From an uncultured virus (IMG/VR IMGVR_UViG_3300034102_001587) (Duplodnaviria > Heunggongvirae > Uroviricota > Caudoviricetes): a stretch of DNA of 20,000 nt. The notes beneath the pieces are model-generated. The model worked only from the letters and a program-made list of their open reading frames with translations, was not told where the DNA came from and made no database searches. How positions within the stretch are numbered: position 1 is the first letter of the stretch; every line of letters begins with the position of its first letter. The translations under genes were made by a program, and so were the position numbers. The DNA is taken from positions 116,292-136,291 of the IMG/VR virus record IMGVR_UViG_3300034102_001587; one strand, written 5' to 3'. Positions 1-8,953 of the stretch are shown here, piece by piece.

Positions 1-537
1 ATGAATGGTAGTTTACCATCAATAAAAGGTAATCTATTTGCGAAAGGTATGCAGGATTTGGTATTAACAGAAATTAAGAAAAAACAAAAACAAACAGATA
101 ATACTAAAAGTACAACAACAGGAGGTACTTCCGAAGATGAAGAAAAATTGAAAGAAAAAAATCTTCAGTTATTTTTAAATAAAATTGGAATATATCCAAA
201 AGTTGAACATGTAAGTTCTGTTCCTTCTGGAAAATTAGAAGAAATTGCATATGTAGCTTGTTATAATGACCAAGTAGTTTTTGATACACTCAAATTTGGA
301 AAAGATAAAGTTGATGAAACATCTAAACAAGGAACATCAGCATTACTACCAATAAAATTTACATTTACAATACATGGAGTTAGTGGTATAACAAGAGGAC
401 AGAAATTTAAAGTAAATGGTATTCCAAGACAATATGCAACCGGAGGATTTTTTCAAGTAACTGCTGTAAAGCATATTGTACAAGATATGGTTTGGAAAAC
501 TGAAGTTGAAGGTGGATTTAGAGTTGAAAGAAAATAA
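1..537 (+). CDS. C-terminal part of a probable baseplate hub / tail structural protein (likely truncated at the window edge)
   Basis: Open from base 1. The C-terminus (FTFTIHGVSGITRGQKFKV...GFFQVTAVKH...WKTEVEG) resembles the terminal beta-barrel of gp27/GPD-type hub proteins. Confidence 0.5.
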   Translation: MNGSLPSIKGNLFAKGMQDLVLTEIKKKQKQTDNTKSTTTGGTSEDEEKLKEKNLQLFLNKIGIYPKVEHVSSVPSGKLEEIAYVACYNDQVVFDTLKFGKDKVDETSKQGTSALLPIKFTFTIHGVSGITRGQKFKVNGIPRQYATGGFFQVTAVKHIVQDMVWKTEVEGGFRVERK

Positions 538-538
538 T

Positions 539-898
539 ATGAGTAAAGAAAGATACGATAAGATAATAAAAAAGGATATAAACTTTAAACCTATTAGAAT
601 CAAAGCATTTAAACCAAATCCAAATGAATTTGATTATAAGAGAGGATATATAACAAGGTATTTTGTCCAAAAAATAAATGATGAAACTGCACCTGTTTAT
701 GAAATAGACCAGAATGCATTTGATGTTTTTGGAAATAATACATTTTATCAAACTACATCAATTGACTGGAAAATAATTGGTACTGATGAACAAATTAAAG
801 ATGCAAATTCAAAATCAATACTTTTGGGTGTAAAAAAGTTGAAAGCTTTGTCATTATATTTACCAAATCTTTTACAATTTAGAAAACCAAAAGATTAA
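539..898 (+). CDS. Hypothetical phage protein (119 aa)
   Basis: In-frame ATG at 539, one base after the upstream TAA, is more plausible than the track start at 476. Contains DYKRGYITRYFVQK. Confidence 0.7.
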   Translation: MSKERYDKIIKKDINFKPIRIKAFKPNPNEFDYKRGYITRYFVQKINDETAPVYEIDQNAFDVFGNNTFYQTTSIDWKIIGTDEQIKDANSKSILLGVKKLKALSLYLPNLLQFRKPKD

Positions 899-918
899 TA
901 TTTAATAAAAAATAAATT

Positions 919-1461
919 ATGGGATTTACAATAACAGGTTCAAAATTTATTACTACTGTATATGGTGAACTTGATTCTTTATATGGGAGAATAGATTCTT
1001 TTAGATATAATAGAAATTCTGGTAATTTAGTTACTACAATTGCACTTTATACAAATAGTAGAGGAGCAAAATCAAATGAATTAATAGAATATCCTGTTAA
1101 TTTTATGGATTATAATATTATTGGTGTTGATATTATGTTAAGTGGTTCTATGGAAACAATAACATATCCAACATTAATAAATATTCCACTCACATCATCT
1201 GCAAATGTTGAGGTGCCAATTTACACCAATCACATTACCAGTCAAAGTATAAGTTATTACGATTTTGATGATAATGGAGATGTTGTTGAAAAATTTAAAT
1301 GGGAATACTTTTCACAATCTGTACAAATAGGAACAGAAATAAAAGAGCAAGATATATTAAATAAAGAACTTATTACAGGTAATGTTTTTCCATATATGTA
1401 CAATGTAGTTACATCGGAGTTCAAAGGGATTTTTGGTGAAGAAAACGTAATAAATAGTTAG
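919..1461 (+). CDS. Hypothetical protein, possibly a tail-fibre-associated or assembly protein
   Basis: 180-aa acidic ORF with A-rich leader. Function inferred from its position among tail-like genes only. Confidence 0.5.
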   Translation: MGFTITGSKFITTVYGELDSLYGRIDSFRYNRNSGNLVTTIALYTNSRGAKSNELIEYPVNFMDYNIIGVDIMLSGSMETITYPTLINIPLTSSANVEVPIYTNHITSQSISYYDFDDNGDVVEKFKWEYFSQSVQIGTEIKEQDILNKELITGNVFPYMYNVVTSEFKGIFGEENVINS

Positions 1462-1465
1462 TTAA

Positions 1466-1894
1466 ATGGCAAATTTTAGTATAGGTAGTTCTGTTCCAAT
1501 GTCTACGCTTAGAGATGGGTTTGGATATGGTGGACCTAATATTGATATAGAAACTATTAAGGATACGGTATATCCTTATAGTGTTGGATTTAGAAGCTTA
1601 AGTGCATTCCAAAACCAAGGATTGTGGAGATATAGGATAATGCCTGATGATGGTTCTAGGGGATGGGTTCAAATGACTTACCCAGTTAATAGCGGTCAAA
1701 TTTTTGGTAGTTATTTAAGCCCATGGTTTAGAAGTGGAGATTATCCTTACACATCAATATATGCACAAGGTATATATCCTTATAATTTTCAATATTGGTT
1801 TTATGAAGGTGGTGGTGTATTTTCGTATGGCTCTGCCCCAAATGTGAATTGGAATCAAAGTGGAGTTCTTAATTTAAGAGCGTATTTTGCATAG
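1466..1894 (+). CDS. Small Gly/Tyr/Ser/Trp-rich protein, possible virion surface adhesin with an InlB-B-repeat-like C-terminus
   Basis: Aromatic- and Gly-rich, with one Lys and no Cys. IYAQGIYPYNFQYWF...LNLRAYFA resembles divergent InlB B-repeat beta domains. Confidence 0.45.
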   Translation: MANFSIGSSVPMSTLRDGFGYGGPNIDIETIKDTVYPYSVGFRSLSAFQNQGLWRYRIMPDDGSRGWVQMTYPVNSGQIFGSYLSPWFRSGDYPYTSIYAQGIYPYNFQYWFYEGGGVFSYGSAPNVNWNQSGVLNLRAYFA

Positions 1895-1909
1895 TTATAA
1901 ATAAATGTT

Positions 1910-2776
1910 ATGAAAGCTGTATGGGCGTATGGAAATAATGATTGGACCAAATCTTTTAAATTTTCAAAGTTAGAACTTATAACTGTATTTGCATCAATTA
2001 CTTTGTGGAAAAAATTCTACCCAGAAGTTCCAACCTATTTGTATTGTGATGAATCGGTAAAAAAATATCTTACCGAAGTTGATTTACTTCAATTTTGGGA
2101 TAACGTAGATACATCCATTCACCAAACCCAAGACATTTATAATCGTAAAGCTTTTTGGACAATTGATAAAATACGATTGTTTCAACATTTAGAAACTCCA
2201 TTTACTTTTATGGATATGGATTTCTACATTAAAAAAAGATTATCGGACTATACTAATTATGATTATGTTTGTGCTTTTGCAGAAAACACAAAAAATTACT
2301 ATCCACCATATTACGATAAGACTTTTAAAGAATTAAATTTTCCAAAAGAGTTTACATTTAAAGATACGGCACATAACACATGCTTTTTTTATGTAAGAAA
2401 TTCGGATGTTGCAAAAAAATATACGGATATGTGTCTTTCATATATGAAGCAAATTAATGATAAAGAATTAACACAAGGGCATAGTGTATTTTTGGAACAA
2501 ACAATATTATATGAGTTAGCATTGGTAAATAATTGGAATTGGAATTTGTTAATGAATCAAAAGTTTAACGATGTTACGGGAAAATGTGACCCAGAAATAA
2601 TAGAGGGATTTTTAAGTCCAAAACAAACAGAAGAATATTATAGACATTTAAGTGTTGAGAAAATGTATGCAACAGAAGGAACTAACAAATTTTTAATTAT
2701 AAAAGGTGAAATAATAGGATTAACAAAACAACATAATCCAGAATTACTTCCATTGTTACATAAACTATGTCAATAA
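1910..2776 (+). CDS. GT-A-like (DxD) putative glycosyltransferase, DUF6734-like
   Basis: FWTIDKI...PFTFMDMDF...HNTCFFY...LEQ pattern; clear paralog of the next ORF. Confidence 0.6.
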   Translation: MKAVWAYGNNDWTKSFKFSKLELITVFASITLWKKFYPEVPTYLYCDESVKKYLTEVDLLQFWDNVDTSIHQTQDIYNRKAFWTIDKIRLFQHLETPFTFMDMDFYIKKRLSDYTNYDYVCAFAENTKNYYPPYYDKTFKELNFPKEFTFKDTAHNTCFFYVRNSDVAKKYTDMCLSYMKQINDKELTQGHSVFLEQTILYELALVNNWNWNLLMNQKFNDVTGKCDPEIIEGFLSPKQTEEYYRHLSVEKMYATEGTNKFLIIKGEIIGLTKQHNPELLPLLHKLCQ

Positions 2777-3696
2777 AAGCAATACATATAAATTGGACTA
2801 AACCATTTTTTGAAAAAGATAGGTTACGAGGACATGGATTTAAAGTTTTTAAAAACAACAAATCAAAAGAGTATTCATTACCAACTTATCAAATATTAGT
2901 TACTAAACTTTCAATATTAAATTGGAAAAAGTGGAATGGGCCTATAAAATTGTACACCGATAGTATTGGTAAAGCATATTATGATGCGATTGGTTTGTTA
3001 GAACTTTATGATGAAGTTGATACTGATATATTAGATAATTACAATGATGTAGATGCTGCATATTTTTGGACAAGTGGTAAAATAAATTGTTTACAATATG
3101 AAACTGAGCCATTTGTTTTTATAGATAATGATTTTATTGTAAGGGAAAAAATAAATGAATATAGATTAAAACAATTTGACTTAATAATAGGATATTGGGA
3201 AATACCAAGAGGATATTATTATTTTACCAAATACCAATTTCAGAAAGAAATTAAACATTGCCGCTTTCCTGAAAACTATAATTGTAACTCATTAACGCCA
3301 AATACATCATTTATGTATTTTAATAATTTGAATTTGGTTAAAGAATATGTTAATGCACATTCTAAATTGGTTGATAATAAAGGGGTTGAAGTTCCTGAAT
3401 GGTTTTGGTTAATGACAGACCAAGGTATATTAGGACATTGTATAAGAGAAGGTAACTACAATGTGGGTACAATTACAAATAGAGTATTTTTAAGTGATAG
3501 TGACCACACCGATTCAACACAAAGATACAAAGGAATGTCAGAACCTTGGTTTCAATTTATTGACACGGATAATGTAGATAAATTTAGTTGGGAGCATCTT
3601 TGGTATTTAAAAGCACATTTTAACGATGATAAAGAAATGATGTTAGAGTATTGTAATCGTTATAATAAAGAAATAAAAATGTTATGCAGTTTATAA
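2767..3696 (+). CDS. GT-A-like (DxD) putative glycosyltransferase, DUF6734-like
   Basis: KAIHINWTKPF...FWTSGKI...PFVFIDNDF...PNTSFMY...TDQ; overlaps both neighbours. Confidence 0.65.
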   Translation: MSIKAIHINWTKPFFEKDRLRGHGFKVFKNNKSKEYSLPTYQILVTKLSILNWKKWNGPIKLYTDSIGKAYYDAIGLLELYDEVDTDILDNYNDVDAAYFWTSGKINCLQYETEPFVFIDNDFIVREKINEYRLKQFDLIIGYWEIPRGYYYFTKYQFQKEIKHCRFPENYNCNSLTPNTSFMYFNNLNLVKEYVNAHSKLVDNKGVEVPEWFWLMTDQGILGHCIREGNYNVGTITNRVFLSDSDHTDSTQRYKGMSEPWFQFIDTDNVDKFSWEHLWYLKAHFNDDKEMMLEYCNRYNKEIKMLCSL

Positions 3697-4448
3697 GAAT
3701 ATTTTGGGGAGATTATAATAGATACGAAAAACAAATTATTGAAGCTAAAAAAGATAATTTAGATGAAAAGGTATTTGTATGGGGATACGATAACTATGTT
3801 AAGCTAAAAGAGTTGGGATACAATTGTGATTTGATAGATATGCAACCATACGATTATACAATAGCTAATGCACATACGTTTAAACATCATAGAAGTTTGA
3901 TTCACAAAATAAAAGGAATTGATATAGCAATGGAAACATATTCCGAAATTGTTTTTTTAGATTGGGATGTTAGAAAGATAAAAGAAATTGATGATAACTT
4001 TTATAAATTACTAAGAGATAGAGAATGTGATTTACAAGTTCCATTATACACCTATCCAACCAAAGCATTTGATTATTTATTGAATAATATTAAAGATGAT
4101 TTAATGCAAAAGTTTTTTAAAAAACTAAAATTGTTTATAGAAAAATACTCCTACACAAAAGAGGGTAATTATATAATACCAAACACCGGATTTTTTTATT
4201 GTGCCGATAAAACAATAGTAGAAGATTTATTAGAAATAATAGATGAGTATAAATTACAAACTGTTCCAGATGAATTATCAGTATTTATATTTTCAAATGC
4301 AGATTTTGATAGTTACATAAAAAACTATGAACCATTAGTTATTGGCGCAAAACAACATGGTTATGATTGGTGGAACGAAGAAGAAAATGATTTAGAAAAG
4401 TATAAATTAAAAACATTAAAAAAAGAAATATATTTTGAACATCTTTAA
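3684..4448 (+). CDS. Putative nucleotide-diphospho-sugar transferase (DxD), paralog of 8159..8953
   Basis: IRIFWG...HKIKG...FLDWDV...LQVPLY...PNTGFFY...YEP...KEIYFEH. Confidence 0.55.
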   Translation: MQFIRIFWGDYNRYEKQIIEAKKDNLDEKVFVWGYDNYVKLKELGYNCDLIDMQPYDYTIANAHTFKHHRSLIHKIKGIDIAMETYSEIVFLDWDVRKIKEIDDNFYKLLRDRECDLQVPLYTYPTKAFDYLLNNIKDDLMQKFFKKLKLFIEKYSYTKEGNYIIPNTGFFYCADKTIVEDLLEIIDEYKLQTVPDELSVFIFSNADFDSYIKNYEPLVIGAKQHGYDWWNEEENDLEKYKLKTLKKEIYFEHL

Positions 4449-4995
4449 AACATATGTAATATCATTAAGAAGGGATAAAGAACGTAGAGATTGGATGCTA
4501 TCAATAAAAGATAAGATAGGATTGAATTTTGATTTTTTTAATGCGGTAACTTCCGAAGATATTACTGAAGTTATAAAAAATGCATATTTTTCACATACCG
4601 ATTTTCACGAATGGAATATTGATGATAAAGCAGTGATGGCAACTTTTATGAGTCATATTAGTTTACTTAATATGGCAGTAAAATCTAAAACAAATTTATT
4701 GGTTATTGAGGATGATATAGATATTGTAAACTCATTTGATTGGAATTCTATAAATTTCGATGAGTTTGATTTATTTAGTTTAGGAACAAAATTTGGATGT
4801 TATGCTTATTTTGTTTCTTATAAAGGAGCAGAAAGTATATTAGAACATTTTTCCAAAACGAAAATTACTCAGGCATATGATTGGGAGTTAGCAAAAATTA
4901 ATCATCTTAATTTTAAATTTGTAGATGAACCTGTATTTGTACAAACCAATAAATTTGTTTCAAACATAGCACCAAATGGATACCAAAAAAAATAG
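4435..4995 (+). CDS. Glycosyltransferase family 25
   Basis: YVISLRRDKERR, FFNAV, SHISLL, VIEDD and AYFVSYKGA match GT25 motifs; TTG start. Confidence 0.85.
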   Translation: MNIFKTYVISLRRDKERRDWMLSIKDKIGLNFDFFNAVTSEDITEVIKNAYFSHTDFHEWNIDDKAVMATFMSHISLLNMAVKSKTNLLVIEDDIDIVNSFDWNSINFDEFDLFSLGTKFGCYAYFVSYKGAESILEHFSKTKITQAYDWELAKINHLNFKFVDEPVFVQTNKFVSNIAPNGYQKK

Positions 4996-6658
4996 TTATA
5001 TAATTGGAGTATCGGCTTATTATCACGACTCATCTGCATGCCTGTTTAAAAATGGCGAATTAATATTTGCCTGCGAAGAAGAAAAATTTACAGGCAAAAA
5101 GCATGATAGTTCATTTCCATTTAATTCAATACGATATATTTTTAAAACATATAAATTATCAAAAAAAGATATTGACGTAGTGTGTTATTATGAAGACCCA
5201 AAACTTAAATACAAAAGATTAATTCAAAATTTTAAAAATAATTGGTATAGAAGTTTTTGGTATTGTGTAAAGTCTATAATCGGCTTTAAAATAAAAATGA
5301 TAACTTGTAAAAACAATTTAGAATTAGTATCTAAAAACGTATTTTATTCAGACCATCATAATTCCCATCTATTTTATTCTTATTATACTTCAAATTTTGA
5401 TAATGCGATAGGTTTAAGTGTAGATGGTGTTGGTGAATTTGATACAACAACTTTTTGTACAATAGAAAATGGTGTCCCTGAAAAAAACACAATTGCAGAG
5501 TATCCACATTCGTTGGGTTTATTTTATTCAGCGATGACTGCATTTTTAGGATTCAAACCAAATGAAGGTGAGTATAAGGTAATGGGATTGGCAGCTTATG
5601 GTAATCCAAATGTTTATATGGATAAAGTAAAAAAATTAATATCTTATGAAAATGGTACATTAAAATGCAATATGAAAGTTTTTTGTTGGGATAGAGAAGA
5701 TTCTTCAATGTTTAATGTTAAGTTATGCGAATTGTTGGAAATAGAACCCAAAGATACAAATTTACCAATAGTTCAAATTCATAAAGATTTGGCTGCAGCT
5801 GTACAACTAAACTATGAAAACATATTAATTAAAATTCTTAATGATTTGTACAAAAAATATGAAATAAAAAACTTAATATTAGGGGGTGGTTGTGCATACA
5901 ATGGTTTGGCAAATGGAAAAATTTTAAAAAGAACAAAATACAAAAAATTGTGGATACCAGTAGCACCATCCGATGCTGGTTCTTGTGTTGGAGCTTGTTT
6001 AAATTATTTGGCTTCTAAAAATAAAGTATATAAAATAACACCAAACCCATTTTTAGGTCCTTCGTATTTGTATAATAATGTAATCGAAGCAATAGGAAAA
6101 CTGAAATACAAACAATTTACATCTGAAGAAAAAATGTTAAAGGTTGTTGCAAAATTATTATGGGAAGGTAAGATAATTGGGTGGTATCACGGACACAATG
6201 AATTTGGACAAAGAGCATTGGGAAATCGTTCAATATTGGCAAATCCTTTTATAAATGGTGTAAAAGATAAAATAAATAATATTATAAAACAAAGAGAAAA
6301 TTTTAGACCATTGGCACCTGCAGTAATTGTAGAAAAACAAAATGAATATTTTAATACAATTGGTGATGTACCATATATGAATAAAATTGTTAATGTTAAA
6401 AGAAAATATAAAAAACTTTTAAAAGAAGTATCAAATGTAGATGGAACAGCTAGAATACAAAGTGTAAATAAAAATACATTGTTTCACAAACTATTATTAG
6501 AATTTGAAATATTATCGAATCATCCTATTCTTTTAAATACATCATTTAATACAAAAGATAGACCTATGGTTTTGACACCAAAAAACGCAGTAGATTCATA
6601 TTTAAACAGTGATATTGATTTGTTAATTATTGGAAATTTTATTATATATAAACATTAA
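4976..6658 (+). CDS. O-carbamoyltransferase, NodU/CmcH family
   Basis: HDSSA, EEEKF, HHNSH, DGVGE, SLGLFY, EYKVMGLAAYG, GGCAYN, DAG, EFGQRALGNRS, FRPLAP, DGTARIQ, LLNTSFN. Confidence 0.95.
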   Translation: MDTKKNSYIIGVSAYYHDSSACLFKNGELIFACEEEKFTGKKHDSSFPFNSIRYIFKTYKLSKKDIDVVCYYEDPKLKYKRLIQNFKNNWYRSFWYCVKSIIGFKIKMITCKNNLELVSKNVFYSDHHNSHLFYSYYTSNFDNAIGLSVDGVGEFDTTTFCTIENGVPEKNTIAEYPHSLGLFYSAMTAFLGFKPNEGEYKVMGLAAYGNPNVYMDKVKKLISYENGTLKCNMKVFCWDREDSSMFNVKLCELLEIEPKDTNLPIVQIHKDLAAAVQLNYENILIKILNDLYKKYEIKNLILGGGCAYNGLANGKILKRTKYKKLWIPVAPSDAGSCVGACLNYLASKNKVYKITPNPFLGPSYLYNNVIEAIGKLKYKQFTSEEKMLKVVAKLLWEGKIIGWYHGHNEFGQRALGNRSILANPFINGVKDKINNIIKQRENFRPLAPAVIVEKQNEYFNTIGDVPYMNKIVNVKRKYKKLLKEVSNVDGTARIQSVNKNTLFHKLLLEFEILSNHPILLNTSFNTKDRPMVLTPKNAVDSYLNSDIDLLIIGNFIIYKH

Positions 6659-6661
6659 TGT

Positions 6662-6775
6662 ATGAGAATTTTAAAATGGATATTTGAAAAAATAAAAAAA
6701 TATCAAACTAGAAAAAGATTGAAAACAAAAATAAAAGAGCTCAAAAAAAGAGACCCATTCACATACCCACATTAA
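6662..6775 (+). CDS. 37-aa basic peptide MRILKWIFEKIKKYQTRKRLKTKIKELKKRDPFTYPH, absent from the ORF track
   Basis: Fills the 6659-6776 gap almost exactly (ATG 6662, TAA 6773-6775, next ATG 6777). Confidence 0.7.
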   Translation: MRILKWIFEKIKKYQTRKRLKTKIKELKKRDPFTYPH

Positions 6776-6776
6776 T

Positions 6777-7481
6777 ATGATAAATAAGTTATATACATAT
6801 GGTTGCTCGTTTTCATCTGATTGGTGGATTAATGAAGAACAAACTTATACAGCTTTAGTTTCCAAACAATTGCGATGTGATTACATAAGAAGAGCCGAGC
6901 CGGCAATATGTAATAACGAAATATATCATAGACTTACTAAAGATTTTGAATTATTTAATGAAGGGGATTTTATTATATACCAATTTACAGCATTAGATAG
7001 AGGTGGTTATTGGGTAAATAACGATTCTTTATATATAACAACATCTTTATTAACAGAAGATATAGATATGAATACTTTAGTTTTAAATGAGTGGGGAGTT
7101 GGTAGAGAAAAGTATGAAATATCTGATTCTGATTTAATTAAATTATTGGATTATAATAATGTTTGGGAAAAGCATTCTCTATTTTACAAATATAATATTG
7201 TACACAATACTTTGGAATTTTTAAAAGAAAAATATAATGTAAACTATGTTATGTTGTTTTTAGATAATTATTTTCAAAAATTTTGCACAAACAATTATAT
7301 AGAATTTCCAATAGAAACAAATTCAAAAAGTGTATCTATAAGAGATTGGGTAGTTATGAATAATTTAACAATAGCAGATTCAAATCCAATTAGACCTAAA
7401 TGGGATACTCACCCAAACGAAAAAGCTCAATACCATATAGCTTCTAAAATTTTAAAATTTATAAAAAATGAATGTAAATAA
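6777..7481 (+). CDS. SGNH/GDSL-like hydrolase or acyltransferase domain protein
   Basis: Block I-like YGCSFS and block V-like DTHPN; paralog of the next ORF. Confidence 0.7.
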   Translation: MINKLYTYGCSFSSDWWINEEQTYTALVSKQLRCDYIRRAEPAICNNEIYHRLTKDFELFNEGDFIIYQFTALDRGGYWVNNDSLYITTSLLTEDIDMNTLVLNEWGVGREKYEISDSDLIKLLDYNNVWEKHSLFYKYNIVHNTLEFLKEKYNVNYVMLFLDNYFQKFCTNNYIEFPIETNSKSVSIRDWVVMNNLTIADSNPIRPKWDTHPNEKAQYHIASKILKFIKNECK

Positions 7482-8172
7482 AATTTACATATATGGTTGT
7501 TCTTTTTCTGTAAACTTTTGGATAGGTGAAGAAAACATTTACCCAAATTTATTATCAAAACATTTTAATGTTGAATATATTAATAGAGCAGATTCTGCAA
7601 CATGCCATAATGAAGCTTATTTACGATTAACAAATGATTTAAAAAATTTTGAAAAAGATGATTTGATTGTTTATCAATTTACATCATCGGATAGAGAAGG
7701 ATATATGGTGAATGACGATTCACTATATTTCACAACAGCAGCATTAACTAAAGATTTAAAAAGATTTGCTTGGATATTGGATAGATGGGGTAAGGGAAGA
7801 ACTACATATAAAGTATCGGATAAGCAATTGGAAATATTATTGGATTATATGGATGGTTGGGTATGTCATACTAAATTTCACAAATTTAACAGAGTTGTAA
7901 ATACTTTAGAATTTTTAAAAAATAAAGTTGGTGTAAACTATTGTTTATTATTTTTAGATGATGGATTTGAAAAATATAAAAATCCAAATAAAATTGTTTT
8001 TCCTATTAAAAAAAATAAAAATAATAATTCTATTTTAGATTGGGGTGTTGAAAATAAATTTACATTAGGAGATAGTAGACCAAATGAAGTTCCATATGAT
8101 AGCCATCCCGATGAAAACGGCCATTATGGTATATTTGAAAATATAATAAAAAAAATAGATGAAACCAATTAA
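7468..8172 (+). CDS. SGNH/GDSL-like hydrolase or acyltransferase domain protein
   Basis: YGCSFS and DSHPDENGH; same length (234 aa) and colinear with 6777..7481. Confidence 0.7.
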   Translation: MNVNKIYIYGCSFSVNFWIGEENIYPNLLSKHFNVEYINRADSATCHNEAYLRLTNDLKNFEKDDLIVYQFTSSDREGYMVNDDSLYFTTAALTKDLKRFAWILDRWGKGRTTYKVSDKQLEILLDYMDGWVCHTKFHKFNRVVNTLEFLKNKVGVNYCLLFLDDGFEKYKNPNKIVFPIKKNKNNNSILDWGVENKFTLGDSRPNEVPYDSHPDENGHYGIFENIIKKIDETN

Positions 8173-8953
8173 AGTTATACGAGCACTTTGGGGCAAGAAT
8201 TTTGCTATTCATAAAGAAATTCCTAAATCACCTATATTCAAAGATGAATTAGTTTTTGTATATGGAATTAAAAATGAACAATTTCTAAAAAATTTAGGAT
8301 ACCAAACTAAACTTATTGGCTATGATGAAACTTTGGAAAATGTATATGATAATCATTTAAAACATTATGGTCATAAATTGGAAGTAATAAAGATGGCTGA
8401 GGAAATGTTTGATGAATACCTTTTTTTAGATTGGGATGTTGGTGTTGTTAAAAACATTGATAATAATTTTTGGCAATTAATACGAAGTGGAAATAATATA
8501 CAATGTCCAATATATGCCTATAACAAAAATTATAGAAATGATATTTTAGAATACTACAAACAAAGAGGAACTCTTACAAATCACATAGATGAATTTTTAA
8601 AGTATCATATAGAGGGACTAAAAAAATACAGTTGGCAAACAGATGATTTATATGTTTTACCAAACTTTTGTTTCTTTTATTCAAACAAAACTAATTCAGC
8701 ATCCGAGTTACATAAACTAATGGTTGACAATAATTTAGATACTTGTATTGAAGAATTTGCTATGTGGTTATTTTCAAATTGTTCACTAGAGGAATATGTA
8801 TTAAAGTATGAACCATTTGTAATAAGAGGAAAAGAAAAAGATGTGAACTTACCAAATATGGATTGGGCTTTCAAAACGATAAACCAATATGTTGGTGAAC
8901 GAGTAAAAAAAGAAATTTATTTATATCATGAACTTCAAACAACCACTAATTAA
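8159..8953 (+). CDS. Putative nucleotide-diphospho-sugar transferase (DxD), paralog of 3684..4448
   Basis: IRALWG...HKLEV...FLDWDV...IQCPIY...PNFCFFY...YEP...KEIYLYH. Confidence 0.55.
   Translation: MKPIKVIRALWGKNFAIHKEIPKSPIFKDELVFVYGIKNEQFLKNLGYQTKLIGYDETLENVYDNHLKHYGHKLEVIKMAEEMFDEYLFLDWDVGVVKNIDNNFWQLIRSGNNIQCPIYAYNKNYRNDILEYYKQRGTLTNHIDEFLKYHIEGLKKYSWQTDDLYVLPNFCFFYSNKTNSASELHKLMVDNNLDTCIEEFAMWLFSNCSLEEYVLKYEPFVIRGKEKDVNLPNMDWAFKTINQYVGERVKKEIYLYHELQTTTN

Noticed and set aside
1896..1903. TATAAATA, the T4 late promoter consensus, before ORF 1910
   Set aside because: Single intergenic instance noticed in very AT-rich DNA; the recurrent motif here is the opposite orientation.
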